In this document: positions 30,955 to 41,490 of the stretch, piece by piece
Layout: every line of letters starts with the position of its first letter
How positions within the stretch are numbered: the stretch's first letter is position 1
Source: a bacterium
GTDB taxonomy: Bacteria > SM23-31
Direction of reading: 5' to 3'
Length of the DNA: 64,000 bases
Assembly (NCBI GenBank): GCA_965249485.1
Contig: OZ252239.1
Span: forward strand, 3,072,001-3,136,000
Made by a program: the position numbers and the translations under genes
The notes under the pieces: generated by a model
Database searches by the model: none
What the model was told of the DNA's origin: nothing
The model's input: only the letters and a program-made list of their open reading frames with translations

Positions 30955-31124
30955 AAGTATAAGTTCCTTTTCTATCATTTGTTATAACGGCAATAGCAAT
31001 AACATATAAGTATTTTTAACTTTTTTGGAATAAATGCTGTTTTGCTTGTTGTATATTGTGAATCGAGAGATTGCACTATTTTTTTTAATTCTATAGTATA
31101 TAAACTGGCAAATAAACACTGCTT

Positions 31125-31931
31125 TTATTGCTCTTTTTGCTGTTTTTCAAGCTCCCACAGCTTAATATATCGGACAATGTATCCTGCAACATCAAAAACA
31201 ACTGCAAAAAAACCAGGAAAACCGTCACGAAAACCTTGTTTAAGTATATATCGTCTCGTGAATCTCAAAATAGGTTTTATCAGCAGCCAGACAATTGTGT
31301 TTCCAACATTAATGCGAACATTTTTATCTTTGAGTTTTAATGCGTCAAGCGATGTATAATAGTTGAATTTATTGAAGTAAGAATTAATCGAATCATAAGG
31401 ATAATGGTCGATAGGATGCGACATAAATTCTATCGTGCCATTCAATTGCACTTTTTCATGAACACGATATTCATAAGGCGAAGACTGAGATTTTTTAAAC
31501 ATCTTCAATTGATAGTCAGGATAGTTACCACCGTTTTTCAGCCAGGTTCCGAAAAAATAGTTTTTTCTCGGAAAAAAATACCCGGCTGCTTCAGAGTTCG
31601 AATTCAGCTTCTCACAAATTTCCTGAATAAGTTCATGTGAAAAATATTCGTCTCCGTCTATCCATAAGAGCCAATCATTTGTAGCCCTGTCCCGCAGCAT
31701 GTTACGCGCTTTACTAAAATCGTTATCCCATTCGAAGGTAAATACCTTTGCACCATAAGCTTTTACCTTTTCAACCGTATTATCCTCGAAGCCTGTATAG
31801 AGAACAAGTACTTCATCAACAATACTGCTTATTTCTTTCAGACACGCATCGATTTTTGGAGCTTCATCTTTGAGAATCATACAAAGTGAAACGGGCTGTC
31901 TCTCCGTATCTTTGATTACGTCATTCATCAT
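31125..31931 (-). CDS. Glycosyltransferase family 2 (KdtX/WaaE-like)
   Basis: SLCMILKDE, DFSKARN, WIDGDE, VHE, GFRDG. Confidence 0.88.
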   Translation of the reverse strand: MMNDVIKDTERQPVSLCMILKDEAPKIDACLKEISSIVDEVLVLYTGFEDNTVEKVKAYGAKVFTFEWDNDFSKARNMLRDRATNDWLLWIDGDEYFSHELIQEICEKLNSNSEAAGYFFPRKNYFFGTWLKNGGNYPDYQLKMFKKSQSSPYEYRVHEKVQLNGTIEFMSHPIDHYPYDSINSYFNKFNYYTSLDALKLKDKNVRINVGNTIVWLLIKPILRFTRRYILKQGFRDGFPGFFAVVFDVAGYIVRYIKLWELEKQQKEQ

Positions 31932-31951
31932 AAATTTGCAATTTAATATTG

Positions 31952-33106
31952 TTAATGAAAATCCGGTTCAAGGAGCGAATAAAACATCCGCTCATATTCA
32001 CTTATTTTCTTTTTCAGATCGAATTGTTCCCGAACTTTTATGATTCCTTCATTCCCCATTGTATCCCGAACAGCATTGTCGGTCAAAAGAGCAATGATTT
32101 TCTCACTGAGATCCTCAACATTATCTGGCTCAAACAATAGCCCGTTAATAGTATTGTCGATAATTTCAGGCACACCGCCTGCGTTCGTTCCAACAACCGG
32201 TGTTTTCATTGCCATTGCTTCAATGAGAACCATTCCGAATGTCTCTTTTGGAGTGGCTAACACGACAACATCAAACAATCCTAACAGCCTCTGCACATCC
32301 GGAACAAAATCAATGAGTCGAAATGTTTCGTTCAAATTCTTTCTGGTAATTAGATTAATCAGTTCCTGTTTATATCCGGTGCCCGTCTTGCTTCTGGATT
32401 CTTCGCCAATTATGAGAAAAAAAGTATCCGGATATATTTTAAGAATCATTGGTGCCGCGTTGACTAAAAGCTCTTGACGTTTCAGACGGTCAAGTCTCCC
32501 AACAATCCCTACAATATTTGCATTTTTAGGAATCATATAATCTTTCCGGTTAACCGAAGCAACTTGCGGATTAAATTTTTCGAGATTTACCCCATTATAA
32601 ATGCAGGTAACCTGGCTATGAGACATACAGGTATGGTCAAGAACGTGCTGCCGGACTGCTTTTGTAACAGTAGTAATCATATCCACTTTGCCAAACACCC
32701 ACCGATGAAAAATATCTTTTTTCGGGTAATGGGAATCCATATGTTGTGAAAATACCACTTTACCCCTGCCAGCAAATTTTTTTGCTAATCCTACTGTGCT
32801 TAAATCTTTTGAGATATACACATGTATAATATCGATCTGTTTTTCTTTGATTATTCTTGCCAGCCTCCATGCTGTAATAATATCGCAATACTTAATCAAT
32901 GGCGACATTGCTATATGTGATGTATTGTGATCAGGACAATACTTACATATAGGTGAATTCGCCGCAGATACAATTGTAACTTCGTGCCCCAATTCGTTCA
33001 ATTCTCGGGCAACAGTGCATGCAACCATTTCGAGTCCACCCCAAGACTTCGAAAACACAATGGTCAAAATTCGCAGTTTACTAAATATCTGCTTTTCGTC
33101 CATCAA
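31952..33106 (-). CDS. Glycosyltransferase family 4
   Basis: WGGLE, IYNGV, GRLD..KRQ, ETFGMVLIEAMAM. Confidence 0.92.
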   Translation of the reverse strand: MMDEKQIFSKLRILTIVFSKSWGGLEMVACTVARELNELGHEVTIVSAANSPICKYCPDHNTSHIAMSPLIKYCDIITAWRLARIIKEKQIDIIHVYISKDLSTVGLAKKFAGRGKVVFSQHMDSHYPKKDIFHRWVFGKVDMITTVTKAVRQHVLDHTCMSHSQVTCIYNGVNLEKFNPQVASVNRKDYMIPKNANIVGIVGRLDRLKRQELLVNAAPMILKIYPDTFFLIIGEESRSKTGTGYKQELINLITRKNLNETFRLIDFVPDVQRLLGLFDVVVLATPKETFGMVLIEAMAMKTPVVGTNAGGVPEIIDNTINGLLFEPDNVEDLSEKIIALLTDNAVRDTMGNEGIIKVREQFDLKKKISEYERMFYSLLEPDFH

Positions 33107-34211
33107 GAACCTTATTATAAATCGTTACTGTTTTCTTGGCTATTGATTCGATTGTATAGAACTCCTCCACCTCAGCTCTGGCACTTTGTCCCCATTCGCG
33201 GCATTTTGATTCATCATTCAAGAGTACTGTAATTTGCTCAGCCATTCCAATAATGTCATCTATCTCGAAGACCATCCCAGTTTTTTCATGCTTAATGATC
33301 TCTACCAGAACATTTACATTTGTTGCTATGACAGGCTTCCGAGCTGTCATGTATTCCAGCGCAACCCGGGCAATGGTTTCGGAAAAACGCGAAGTGATTA
33401 CGCCTATAGTAAAATCATCAATTGCTGCACGCGCATTTTCTACATATCCGGTGAAATGTACTTTATCTGCAATGCCGAGACTTTCTGCAAGCTGTCTAAG
33501 CGAATCTGTTTTAACCTGGAATTCCTGACCGACTATGACAAATCTGACATTTTTGACTCTTGTGGCAACTTTTGCAGCAACATGGAGAAAATGTCGGTGT
33601 CCCTTTTCCGGGGAAAGGCGGCCGACAATGCCGACAATCTTTTGATTTTTATCAGTTTTGATTAAATCGGTTGCTCTGTTTTCCTGCTTGCAATTATCAA
33701 ATGCCGCTACGTCAATTCCTGCATAGACCACTGATGTTTTTTGCGGCGGCATTTTCAAGACTTCATAATACCGCTCGAAGTTTGCTTTACAAGGAAAAAT
33801 AAGCCAATCGGCCCATTTCGAATACATATGTTTATTAAACCAGTGATTTTTTGGTTTCCGTGCATCACAACAGGTGCGGACAAGAGGAACATTTAAACCG
33901 AATAGTATACTCCCCAAAAAATGAAACAAATGTCCCGGTGGGCTTACTGCGTTTACTATGTCAATTTTTTCTTTTTTCACTAACCGGACTAAACGGGCTA
34001 TTTCAATTGCGATTTTAATCGGATTCATCGATTGTAGTTTAATGTCGAATATTCGCAGGTCTCTTTCATCAGCTTTTTGGGCCGCCGGTACATTCTTGTC
34101 AGTACCGAACCACACTTCATCCCCTGCAGCCTTTAAACCCTGAGCAAGAGTCACACTATAGTATGCGGTCGCATTCCACCAAGGTGAATAATATAAAAAA
34201 AGTATTTTCAT
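33081..34211 (-). CDS. Glycosyltransferase family 4
   Basis: GRLSPEKGH, SETIARVALEYM; start likely ATG 34211. Confidence 0.9.
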   Translation of the reverse strand: MKILFLYYSPWWNATAYYSVTLAQGLKAAGDEVWFGTDKNVPAAQKADERDLRIFDIKLQSMNPIKIAIEIARLVRLVKKEKIDIVNAVSPPGHLFHFLGSILFGLNVPLVRTCCDARKPKNHWFNKHMYSKWADWLIFPCKANFERYYEVLKMPPQKTSVVYAGIDVAAFDNCKQENRATDLIKTDKNQKIVGIVGRLSPEKGHRHFLHVAAKVATRVKNVRFVIVGQEFQVKTDSLRQLAESLGIADKVHFTGYVENARAAIDDFTIGVITSRFSETIARVALEYMTARKPVIATNVNVLVEIIKHEKTGMVFEIDDIIGMAEQITVLLNDESKCREWGQSARAEVEEFYTIESIAKKTVTIYNKVLDGRKADI

Positions 34212-34258
34212 CGTTTCTATTGAATCAATGCTCTCTGTTCCGTATATTAATGATGCAT

Positions 34259-35143
34259 ATGGACAATTTATGCACAATCAGTGGTTTTACCTTCATACGG
34301 AATGCTGTCAAGTTCGATTATCCAGTTGTTGAAGCCATTACGTCAATCCTACCGATATGTAATGAATTCATCGTCAATGTCGGCAATTCTGATGACGATA
34401 CGCTTTCCCTCATTACTTCAATCGGTTCTGAAAAAATAAAGATTGTTGAATCTGTCTGGGACGAAAAACTCCGTATAGGAGGCCAGGTCCTTGCACAGCA
34501 AACCGATATTGCATTATCCCACTGCACCGGTAATTGGTGCTTTTATATTCAGGCAGATGAGGTTGTTCATGAGCAATATCTTCCCGGTATTCGTGAAGCG
34601 GCTCAGCGTTACCATTCCGATCAGTTAGTCGAAGGCCTACTCTTTAATTATTTACATTTTTACGGCAGCTACGATTATGTCGGTTCTACTCGCCAATGGT
34701 ATAGGAATGAAATCCGCGTCATTCGTAACAACAAGAATATCAATTCACATAAAGACGCACAAGGTTTCCGAATCGACGGCAGGCGATTGAAAGTGAAACC
34801 GCTTGATGCCTATGTATATCATTACGGCTGGGTCAAGTCTCCTCAAAAACAGCAATCGAAACAGCGATGGTTTAACCGGTTATGGCACTCTGACGAGTGG
34901 CTCGATAATAATGTCAAAGACGATAATGAATTCGACTACAGCGCAATCGATTCATTGAAACCGTTTATCGGTGACCACCCATCTGTTATGAAAAACAGGA
35001 TTGCTCAACAGGATTGGGATTTCACATTTAACCAATCGGCAAACCTCAAACACACACTACTTAAACACCGGATACTTAATAAAATCGAATCTGTTAGCAG
35101 CTATCGTTTCGGTGAATACAAAAGCTACAAACTCCTCAAATAG
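34259..35143 (+). CDS. Glycosyltransferase family 2
   Basis: ISGFTFIRNA..DYP, GNSDDDT, IQADE, HYGWV; start placed at ATG 34259. Confidence 0.85.
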   Translation: MDNLCTISGFTFIRNAVKFDYPVVEAITSILPICNEFIVNVGNSDDDTLSLITSIGSEKIKIVESVWDEKLRIGGQVLAQQTDIALSHCTGNWCFYIQADEVVHEQYLPGIREAAQRYHSDQLVEGLLFNYLHFYGSYDYVGSTRQWYRNEIRVIRNNKNINSHKDAQGFRIDGRRLKVKPLDAYVYHYGWVKSPQKQQSKQRWFNRLWHSDEWLDNNVKDDNEFDYSAIDSLKPFIGDHPSVMKNRIAQQDWDFTFNQSANLKHTLLKHRILNKIESVSSYRFGEYKSYKLLK

Positions 35144-35149
35144 CGCAAA

Positions 35150-36265
35150 TTATACCTTTGTTTCAAGCGATTCTATTGCCTTAATAATGGAACCGCTGAT
35201 ATCTTCCTCGTAACAGATTAACCCGTTGTCACATATTTTTTTCCAGCAGGGTGAACAGTCAACACCCGATTCTAACTTAATACCCCGACCGTATAATTCA
35301 ATTTCCTGTGCACAGGTGACATTGTACCATGCAACCACTTTTTTCCCTAAACCTATTGCCATATGCATTCCTAATGAATCACCGGTACAAACTATGTCAC
35401 AGAGATCGATATACCCCATGCCCGGCCTCAGCCCTTCAGTTGTCGGCGTATTTATGACAACATTCTCGAATTCTCCAGCAAGAGCACTGTTTCTTTCGGT
35501 ATCCTCTATTCCGCCAAGCAGGAGAATAGATTGAGAACGATCTCTTTTGAAGAGCCAACTGATTATTTTTTTCAATTCGTTTTCCGGCATCTTTTTGTTA
35601 GGATATAAGTTTGAGCATCCGGTATTGATACCGACAATCGGTTTATCCTTGTACAGACCGAAATCTTCACGAAGTTGATCGATACGTTTGTTTTCTTCAT
35701 CTGAAAATCTGAATACGTAGGGATCAATTGTTTTATCGAGTTCAAACGTCTCTCTGAGAATATCGGGATACGTTCGTGTATTGTTTTGAAATTTAAGTTT
35801 ATTATCGATTCCCATCCGGTAATTATAGCATGCACCGTCATTGAGGGGAATCATGACACCATCCTCATTCAGACCGTAACCAAGTTTCTCTTTTGCAATA
35901 AGCACATTCGTCAATGCACACATTTCATGAATTTTATCACTATTGCAAACAACATCAAACTGCATCTGCTGCAATGTGAGTAGTGAACCGATATCCCAAG
36001 GGTGTATAAAATCAATATATGGATTGTGTTGTAAAAGCTCTGCGGCTCGCGGTTCGGTCAACCAGTGAATAGTAGACTCTGGAAATTTTCGTTTCAGTGC
36101 AGGCAATATCGTTGTTGTCATCAGCACGGCACCAAGTGCTCCGAGGTTGATGATAAGAATTTTTGTCCCCATAGGTTCAGGATTCACACACGCTTCACCC
36201 TGCTCACCAGGATGGCACGGTTTATATCCTGTAAACTTTTTGCATTCTGGAATTTCTATCGTCAT
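35150..36265 (-). CDS. Glycosyltransferase family 9 (heptosyltransferase-like)
   Basis: ALGAVLMTT, GDSLGMHMA, CSPC. Confidence 0.88.
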   Translation of the reverse strand: MTIEIPECKKFTGYKPCHPGEQGEACVNPEPMGTKILIINLGALGAVLMTTTILPALKRKFPESTIHWLTEPRAAELLQHNPYIDFIHPWDIGSLLTLQQMQFDVVCNSDKIHEMCALTNVLIAKEKLGYGLNEDGVMIPLNDGACYNYRMGIDNKLKFQNNTRTYPDILRETFELDKTIDPYVFRFSDEENKRIDQLREDFGLYKDKPIVGINTGCSNLYPNKKMPENELKKIISWLFKRDRSQSILLLGGIEDTERNSALAGEFENVVINTPTTEGLRPGMGYIDLCDIVCTGDSLGMHMAIGLGKKVVAWYNVTCAQEIELYGRGIKLESGVDCSPCWKKICDNGLICYEEDISGSIIKAIESLETKV

Positions 36266-36297
36266 TTGTATTTATCTCTTATCTCATCATATTCGTT

Positions 36298-37359
36298 TTA
36301 AACAATCTCAGCGGGAAAATATGAATTAAGTACAGGTATAGATTTCATTTGGTCTGCTACATTCGATGCACTAACAGTTTCCATACACTGCATAAACTTC
36401 GGATCATTTTTGGGAAAGATACATTCACTGTGGTTACACTCGATACAGGGAACATCCCCCTGAACATATCTATGATTTTTGGGATCCGGGTAGGTCCAGG
36501 TTACCGGAGTAGTTGGTCCGTGAATAGTGACCGTCGGTATACCCACTGCCGCCGCAATATGTCCGGGTCCGCTGCTGTTTGAAACCACACAATGCGATTT
36601 TTCAATGATTGCAGACATTTCACGAAGATTTGTCATCGGTATCATATATGGCCTTGTTATCATCGATTCGGCAATAAACTGTATGAGTTGTCCCTCCCCC
36701 GGCCCCCAGAGAAGAATGATATTCGCTTCACAGATTTCCATGAGTAGGTCTCCAAGCTCAGCCCAACGATTCGGCAGCCAAGCGCGTGATTCACGTTTCG
36801 ATGCCGGAGCGAAACAAACAGTCAGCCGGGAAATATCGATTTGTTCCGAATTGAAATACTCATCTGCATATGTCAATTCCGCTTTACTAAGGCAGAGCGT
36901 CAGTTCATGTGTCTCATCATCGATGCCTATTGATTTGAGGAGTGCAAGTTTTTTTAGTGCGCTATAACGCTCAGGTTGCTGTGTGCTCACTCTATGTGTA
37001 TAGGCATATTTTCTTATCCGGACATCATAGCCAACCTTAACCGGGGCTTTTGAAAACAGTGTTGCCCAGGCAGTTCCGGGAGTTCCGAAAGCATCAATGA
37101 CAAGGTCCCAATTTTTCTTTCCTGTTTCACGAAAAAATTTCAAAGACCCCTGAATATCATCCTTTTTATGCCGATAGTAGATTATTTCATCAAGGTTCGA
37201 ATTATTTTCTAGTATCTGGCCTGCAAGTGGTTCAACCATGAATGCAATGTGCGCCTGCCGATAGTGTTTTCTAAGCAGTGAAATCATGGGGGTGCAAAGG
37301 AGCACATCTCCAATCGGCCTGAATTGTATAATTAATATTTTCTTAATGTCTTTCAGCAT
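36298..37359 (-). CDS. Glycosyltransferase family 9 (WaaF/WaaQ-like)
   Basis: IGDVLL.TP, SGPGHIAAA, HGPT, CIEC. Confidence 0.9.
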   Translation of the reverse strand: MLKDIKKILIIQFRPIGDVLLCTPMISLLRKHYRQAHIAFMVEPLAGQILENNSNLDEIIYYRHKKDDIQGSLKFFRETGKKNWDLVIDAFGTPGTAWATLFSKAPVKVGYDVRIRKYAYTHRVSTQQPERYSALKKLALLKSIGIDDETHELTLCLSKAELTYADEYFNSEQIDISRLTVCFAPASKRESRAWLPNRWAELGDLLMEICEANIILLWGPGEGQLIQFIAESMITRPYMIPMTNLREMSAIIEKSHCVVSNSSGPGHIAAAVGIPTVTIHGPTTPVTWTYPDPKNHRYVQGDVPCIECNHSECIFPKNDPKFMQCMETVSASNVADQMKSIPVLNSYFPAEIV

Positions 37360-37409
37360 TACGCTATTGGGGCATTGTTCCGAATTACTTAATACATTCT
37401 TCGTAAGTC

Positions 37410-38210
37410 TTATTTCTGGAGTACTACTCCATATGATGTATTGGGATTGTGAGTTCTGAAAAAATTATTTACGTTTTCAATATATTGATTCCAATCGGAA
37501 ATAGCATAATCCGGTTCATTGCCAATTATATGCAAATTGCATTGCTTTAAGACTTTATTTTCAAAATCTTCTTGGGTAAAACCTATTATTGCGTCATTGG
37601 GAAACGGATGATAATCGAATGTAAGCAGCAAAAGCCCTCCCGGTTTAAGTACCCGTTCCATTTCTTTCATAGAATCCGCTATTACCTGGTCCTCCATGTG
37701 TTCGATAACTGAAATACTGAATATCCTCTCGAAAAAGTTATCAGGATAAGAAAGTGCTTCTGCACTTTCCTGGGTAAACTTCACCTTTACGTTATATTTT
37801 CTATTTAATTTTCTGTGAACTTTATTCGGATTTATGGTGAAAGAGATACCAATCCTATTCAAACGTGATATTAAATTCTTTACTATTCCTGAACGGAGGT
37901 TGCTAATGTCTATTGCATGGACATCTAATCCTTTGCCGGCAAGATAAAATTGCAGCACTCCCCTTCCCGATCCGCAGTCGAGTATTTTCATATCCCTTTT
38001 CAGATCAGCATTGGATATTGCCCAAGGATTATCCCAGTGTTTATAAGACTCAAAAACTGCCGGTTCAAGCAGAGAACTACCACGGCATCGTTCGGCTGAA
38101 TTTCTTTTTTTGGTGGAGACCTTCAAAAAGCTATGAATGTCGTCAAGAATAATTTTAAACTGCGTCAAATTAAAATCATCAAGTTCAATGTACTTATTAA
38201 CAATCGTCAT
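37410..38210 (-). CDS. Class I SAM-dependent methyltransferase
   Basis: LDCGSGRG, SVIEHM, RVLKPGG. Confidence 0.85.
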   Translation of the reverse strand: MTIVNKYIELDDFNLTQFKIILDDIHSFLKVSTKKRNSAERCRGSSLLEPAVFESYKHWDNPWAISNADLKRDMKILDCGSGRGVLQFYLAGKGLDVHAIDISNLRSGIVKNLISRLNRIGISFTINPNKVHRKLNRKYNVKVKFTQESAEALSYPDNFFERIFSISVIEHMEDQVIADSMKEMERVLKPGGLLLLTFDYHPFPNDAIIGFTQEDFENKVLKQCNLHIIGNEPDYAISDWNQYIENVNNFFRTHNPNTSYGVVLQK

Positions 38211-38294
38211 ATTTGTTTCGCCAAACGTGTTTTAGAGTAAAAATCCCTATGCTATAATTGGAAAATTATTGCGTGAATTATTACGGTCACACAC

Positions 38295-39398
38295 TTATTT
38301 TGTGTCAACTAATATAAAATCGTCGCACGCATTAACAACTTTCTGAATATTATCATGCTCATCAGAAAGGTCTACTACTTTATGATATAATCCATCATCG
38401 TAACCATACACAGAATAATTATCAATCAGGTATATTCCAACCGTGTGTATTTTCAATGCAGCCGATAAATGTAAAGGTCCGGTATCTCCAGAGACAAAAA
38501 GTGTGCAGCATTGTATTAATCCGGCTAACAATCTGAAATCATCAATGTATAGAACAGTTTCAGATTCGTTGGCCACTAAGTATTCATAGAGTTCTTTCTC
38601 CGCCGGACCGCACAGAAACACTATTTTATATGAATTGTGCTCCCGAAGCAATTCGGCGAGTGACACAAAATTTTCTATATTCCATTGCTTGGCAACTCCA
38701 GCTCCCACCCAAAATAATACCAGTTTATCACTCTCATTCACACCCTTTTCAATAAGATTTTCTTTCGCTTGAGCAGCCTCAGAATGAGTAAGACATATTT
38801 TTGGGGCATACGTATTTCTGATGGGTGTTAAGAGCGTCAGTAAATCGTGTATTATGTCAATATAATGCTTATCATTTTCGGGAATTACTGTGCAATTCAA
38901 AAAAAAACTGCTCTCTCCTCTCAGAAATCCTACCCGATATGTTCCACCTGTTAAACGTGTCATTAAACCATTGGATAATGAAAATCCCGATGGAGTACTG
39001 CAATCTATGACAACATCATATTTAGATTTTCGAATAGACAAAAGTAACGCTATTAACCTAAAAGGATTGAAAAAATATGCTTTTTGGTAAAATGGTATTA
39101 ATCTATTGATATATGCATTTTGATCCCAAATTGAAGCCATTGCCTCATGTATACACACATCGATTTCCGCATTCGGGTAAATTTCCTTGAGTGCTTCTGG
39201 CAAAAAGGTCGTCATAACATGATTCCCCATTTTGCACTCTAATCTCAACAATAATATTTTTTTAATATTATTGTTTTTGTCGTGAAGATGGGAAAATTGT
39301 TCACCATGCCACAATATAGAACGTAATGCAATAAGCAGTAATTCTTTACCACGCCGCTCAATGTGCTTCAATATCGCCACTCGTTGATTCCTCATCAA
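38295..39398 (-). CDS. Glycosyltransferase family 9
   Basis: KILLLR...MG, GDTGPLHLSAAL. Confidence 0.88.
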   Translation of the reverse strand: MMRNQRVAILKHIERRGKELLLIALRSILWHGEQFSHLHDKNNNIKKILLLRLECKMGNHVMTTFLPEALKEIYPNAEIDVCIHEAMASIWDQNAYINRLIPFYQKAYFFNPFRLIALLLSIRKSKYDVVIDCSTPSGFSLSNGLMTRLTGGTYRVGFLRGESSFFLNCTVIPENDKHYIDIIHDLLTLLTPIRNTYAPKICLTHSEAAQAKENLIEKGVNESDKLVLFWVGAGVAKQWNIENFVSLAELLREHNSYKIVFLCGPAEKELYEYLVANESETVLYIDDFRLLAGLIQCCTLFVSGDTGPLHLSAALKIHTVGIYLIDNYSVYGYDDGLYHKVVDLSDEHDNIQKVVNACDDFILVDTK

Positions 39399-41275
39399 AA
39401 CTGTAAATTATACATTGTTTTGTAGAGACCTTCCTGATTAATTAACTCATCATGCTTGCCAATACACTGAATTGACCCTTTATCCATAACGACAATTTTA
39501 TCTGCATTTTTTATCGTTGATAACCGGTGTGCAATAACAATAGTGGTCCGGTCTTTCATCAGATAAGCAGTGGCTTCCTGAACAAACTTTTCCGATTCTG
39601 AATCAATTGCAGATGTCGCTTCGTCCAGCAAGAGAATAGGCGGATTTTTCAGTACAGCCCGTGCAATAGCAATGCGCTGCCGCTGTCCACCTGAGATTTG
39701 CACTCCTCGTTCCCCAATTTCAGTTTCATAACCTTCAGGAAGCTCTTGTATGAAGGAGTGCACATTTGCAATCTGTGCTGCTTCTATCATATCATCTTCT
39801 GATGCACTAAGATTGCCATACTGAATATTATCGCGCACCGTTCCCGAAAACAGAATAGTCTCCTGAGGCACAAGACTCATTTGCTCCCGCAGGTCTTTTC
39901 TGCTGATTGTTGAGATGTCAATCCCGTCAATGAGTATAGACCCGGACTGTAAGTCGTAAAACTTGAGAAGAAGATTAAGAATCGTACTTTTACCAACACC
40001 ACTTGGCCCAACCAGTGCGACCGTTTCACCAGACTCAACAATTAGTGAAACATCATTCAGCACTGTATCAACTCCATTGTAAGAAAACAATACATTTTTG
40101 AATTCAACTTTCCCCTTCAAAGGTTTCGGAAGGGTTGCCGTCGTCTCAGACGACTCCTCAGGAATTTCTTCAATAAGCTCTAAAATACGCTCAGCTGCGG
40201 CAAGTGCCCGTTGAATAACCGGCTGTGTTTCTCCAAGCGACTTAATCGGTTTATAAGCCATGGAAATTAGAACGGCAAAGGTTGTAAAAACCGAAATGTC
40301 CATTTGCTGGTTGAGAATGCGAAATCCGCAAAAAAGGATAACGATCGTCATCCCGACAGTGCTGAGAAATTCGTTCGATGGTTTTAAAAAAGCAGAAAGT
40401 CTGTGTGCTTTCATCGAATGAGCATAATTTTGATATGTTTGTTGTGAAAATTTTGTTTCTTCGTAATCTTCTCTGTTGTATGTTTTGATAATTTTGATCG
40501 CAGTAATCGTCTCCTGTAAAAACGCACTGATATCTGCAAGCTTCATCATGATTTTTCTGCTTGCTTGCCGAATCGAGTCGCTGAAAAATTTCAGGACTCC
40601 TGCAGCAATGGGAACAACAGCAAGTGCAAATAACGTTAATTGCCAGTCTGTTATCAAGAGTGCTGAAACAAATATAATAGTATAAATAATACCTTGTGCC
40701 AGATTCACAAACGCCAAAAGAGAATGTTCCATAACCTGTACATCGTTTGTAACACGGGACATGATTTCGCCTGTTTTCCCGCGATCAAAATAAAGCATTT
40801 CAAGATGAAGCATGCGACTGTAGAGCTGATCCCGAAAGTTTTTTATGGTCTTCTGAACAACAGACGCCATAAGATATTCTTTGGCATAGATAAATATACC
40901 CTTGAACATTATCAGCACAACAATGAAAATACCGATATTAATGAGAATTGACTTGGCTTGATCAATATTTTCAACAGTAAATGATTCCAACAAGGTATAG
41001 TTAAATCCGAATCGTTCAATTTTAGCACCTTCGAAGACCATCTCTAAATTCCCCGTATTCGCGAGACTCGTGTTTACCTGACTTAATCCATCAATCAGCC
41101 ATCCTACAATTGGGGCAAGCAATGCATCTGAAAAACCCATGAATACTGTAGAAATTAAACCGCCGAGAATTCTCACTTTAAACGGCTTTAAATAGAGCAG
41201 AATTCTGATGAATACTCTTTTTTTTGATCGTTCGGACATGATGTTTATTTGCGCAGATTCCTTACGTTCGGACAC
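39395..41275 (-). CDS. msbA: MsbA-like ABC transporter (fused permease and ATPase)
   Basis: Six-TM domain; GPSGVGKS, ISGGQRQR, LDEATS; heads the LPS core cluster. Alternative ATG start at 41239. Confidence 0.85.
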   Translation of the reverse strand: MSERKESAQINIMSERSKKRVFIRILLYLKPFKVRILGGLISTVFMGFSDALLAPIVGWLIDGLSQVNTSLANTGNLEMVFEGAKIERFGFNYTLLESFTVENIDQAKSILINIGIFIVVLIMFKGIFIYAKEYLMASVVQKTIKNFRDQLYSRMLHLEMLYFDRGKTGEIMSRVTNDVQVMEHSLLAFVNLAQGIIYTIIFVSALLITDWQLTLFALAVVPIAAGVLKFFSDSIRQASRKIMMKLADISAFLQETITAIKIIKTYNREDYEETKFSQQTYQNYAHSMKAHRLSAFLKPSNEFLSTVGMTIVILFCGFRILNQQMDISVFTTFAVLISMAYKPIKSLGETQPVIQRALAAAERILELIEEIPEESSETTATLPKPLKGKVEFKNVLFSYNGVDTVLNDVSLIVESGETVALVGPSGVGKSTILNLLLKFYDLQSGSILIDGIDISTISRKDLREQMSLVPQETILFSGTVRDNIQYGNLSASEDDMIEAAQIANVHSFIQELPEGYETEIGERGVQISGGQRQRIAIARAVLKNPPILLLDEATSAIDSESEKFVQEATAYLMKDRTTIVIAHRLSTIKNADKIVVMDKGSIQCIGKHDELINQEGLYKTMYNLQF

Positions 41276-41490
41276 TCACAGTAATAGAGCATAAATGAAA
41301 ACGTAAAATTTAGTAAAAACAAGGAACTATTGCAACTTGTTTCATTTACTGATCATATTCGATTAAGCTCAATAAGTGAACTGGAAGCATCAATCAGAGA
41401 TTTCAAAATAATTCAAATGTTAATCACTGGGGTTTTATCGGCAAGCAATACTCAGTGCACTGGGCTGGGGTATAGGACCTCATTATAGTG

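Noticed and set aside
41230..41275. Short direct repeat CGTTCGGACA at the msbA start (MSER twice)
   Set aside because: 10 bp only; it affects start choice but shows no sign of a target-site duplication.
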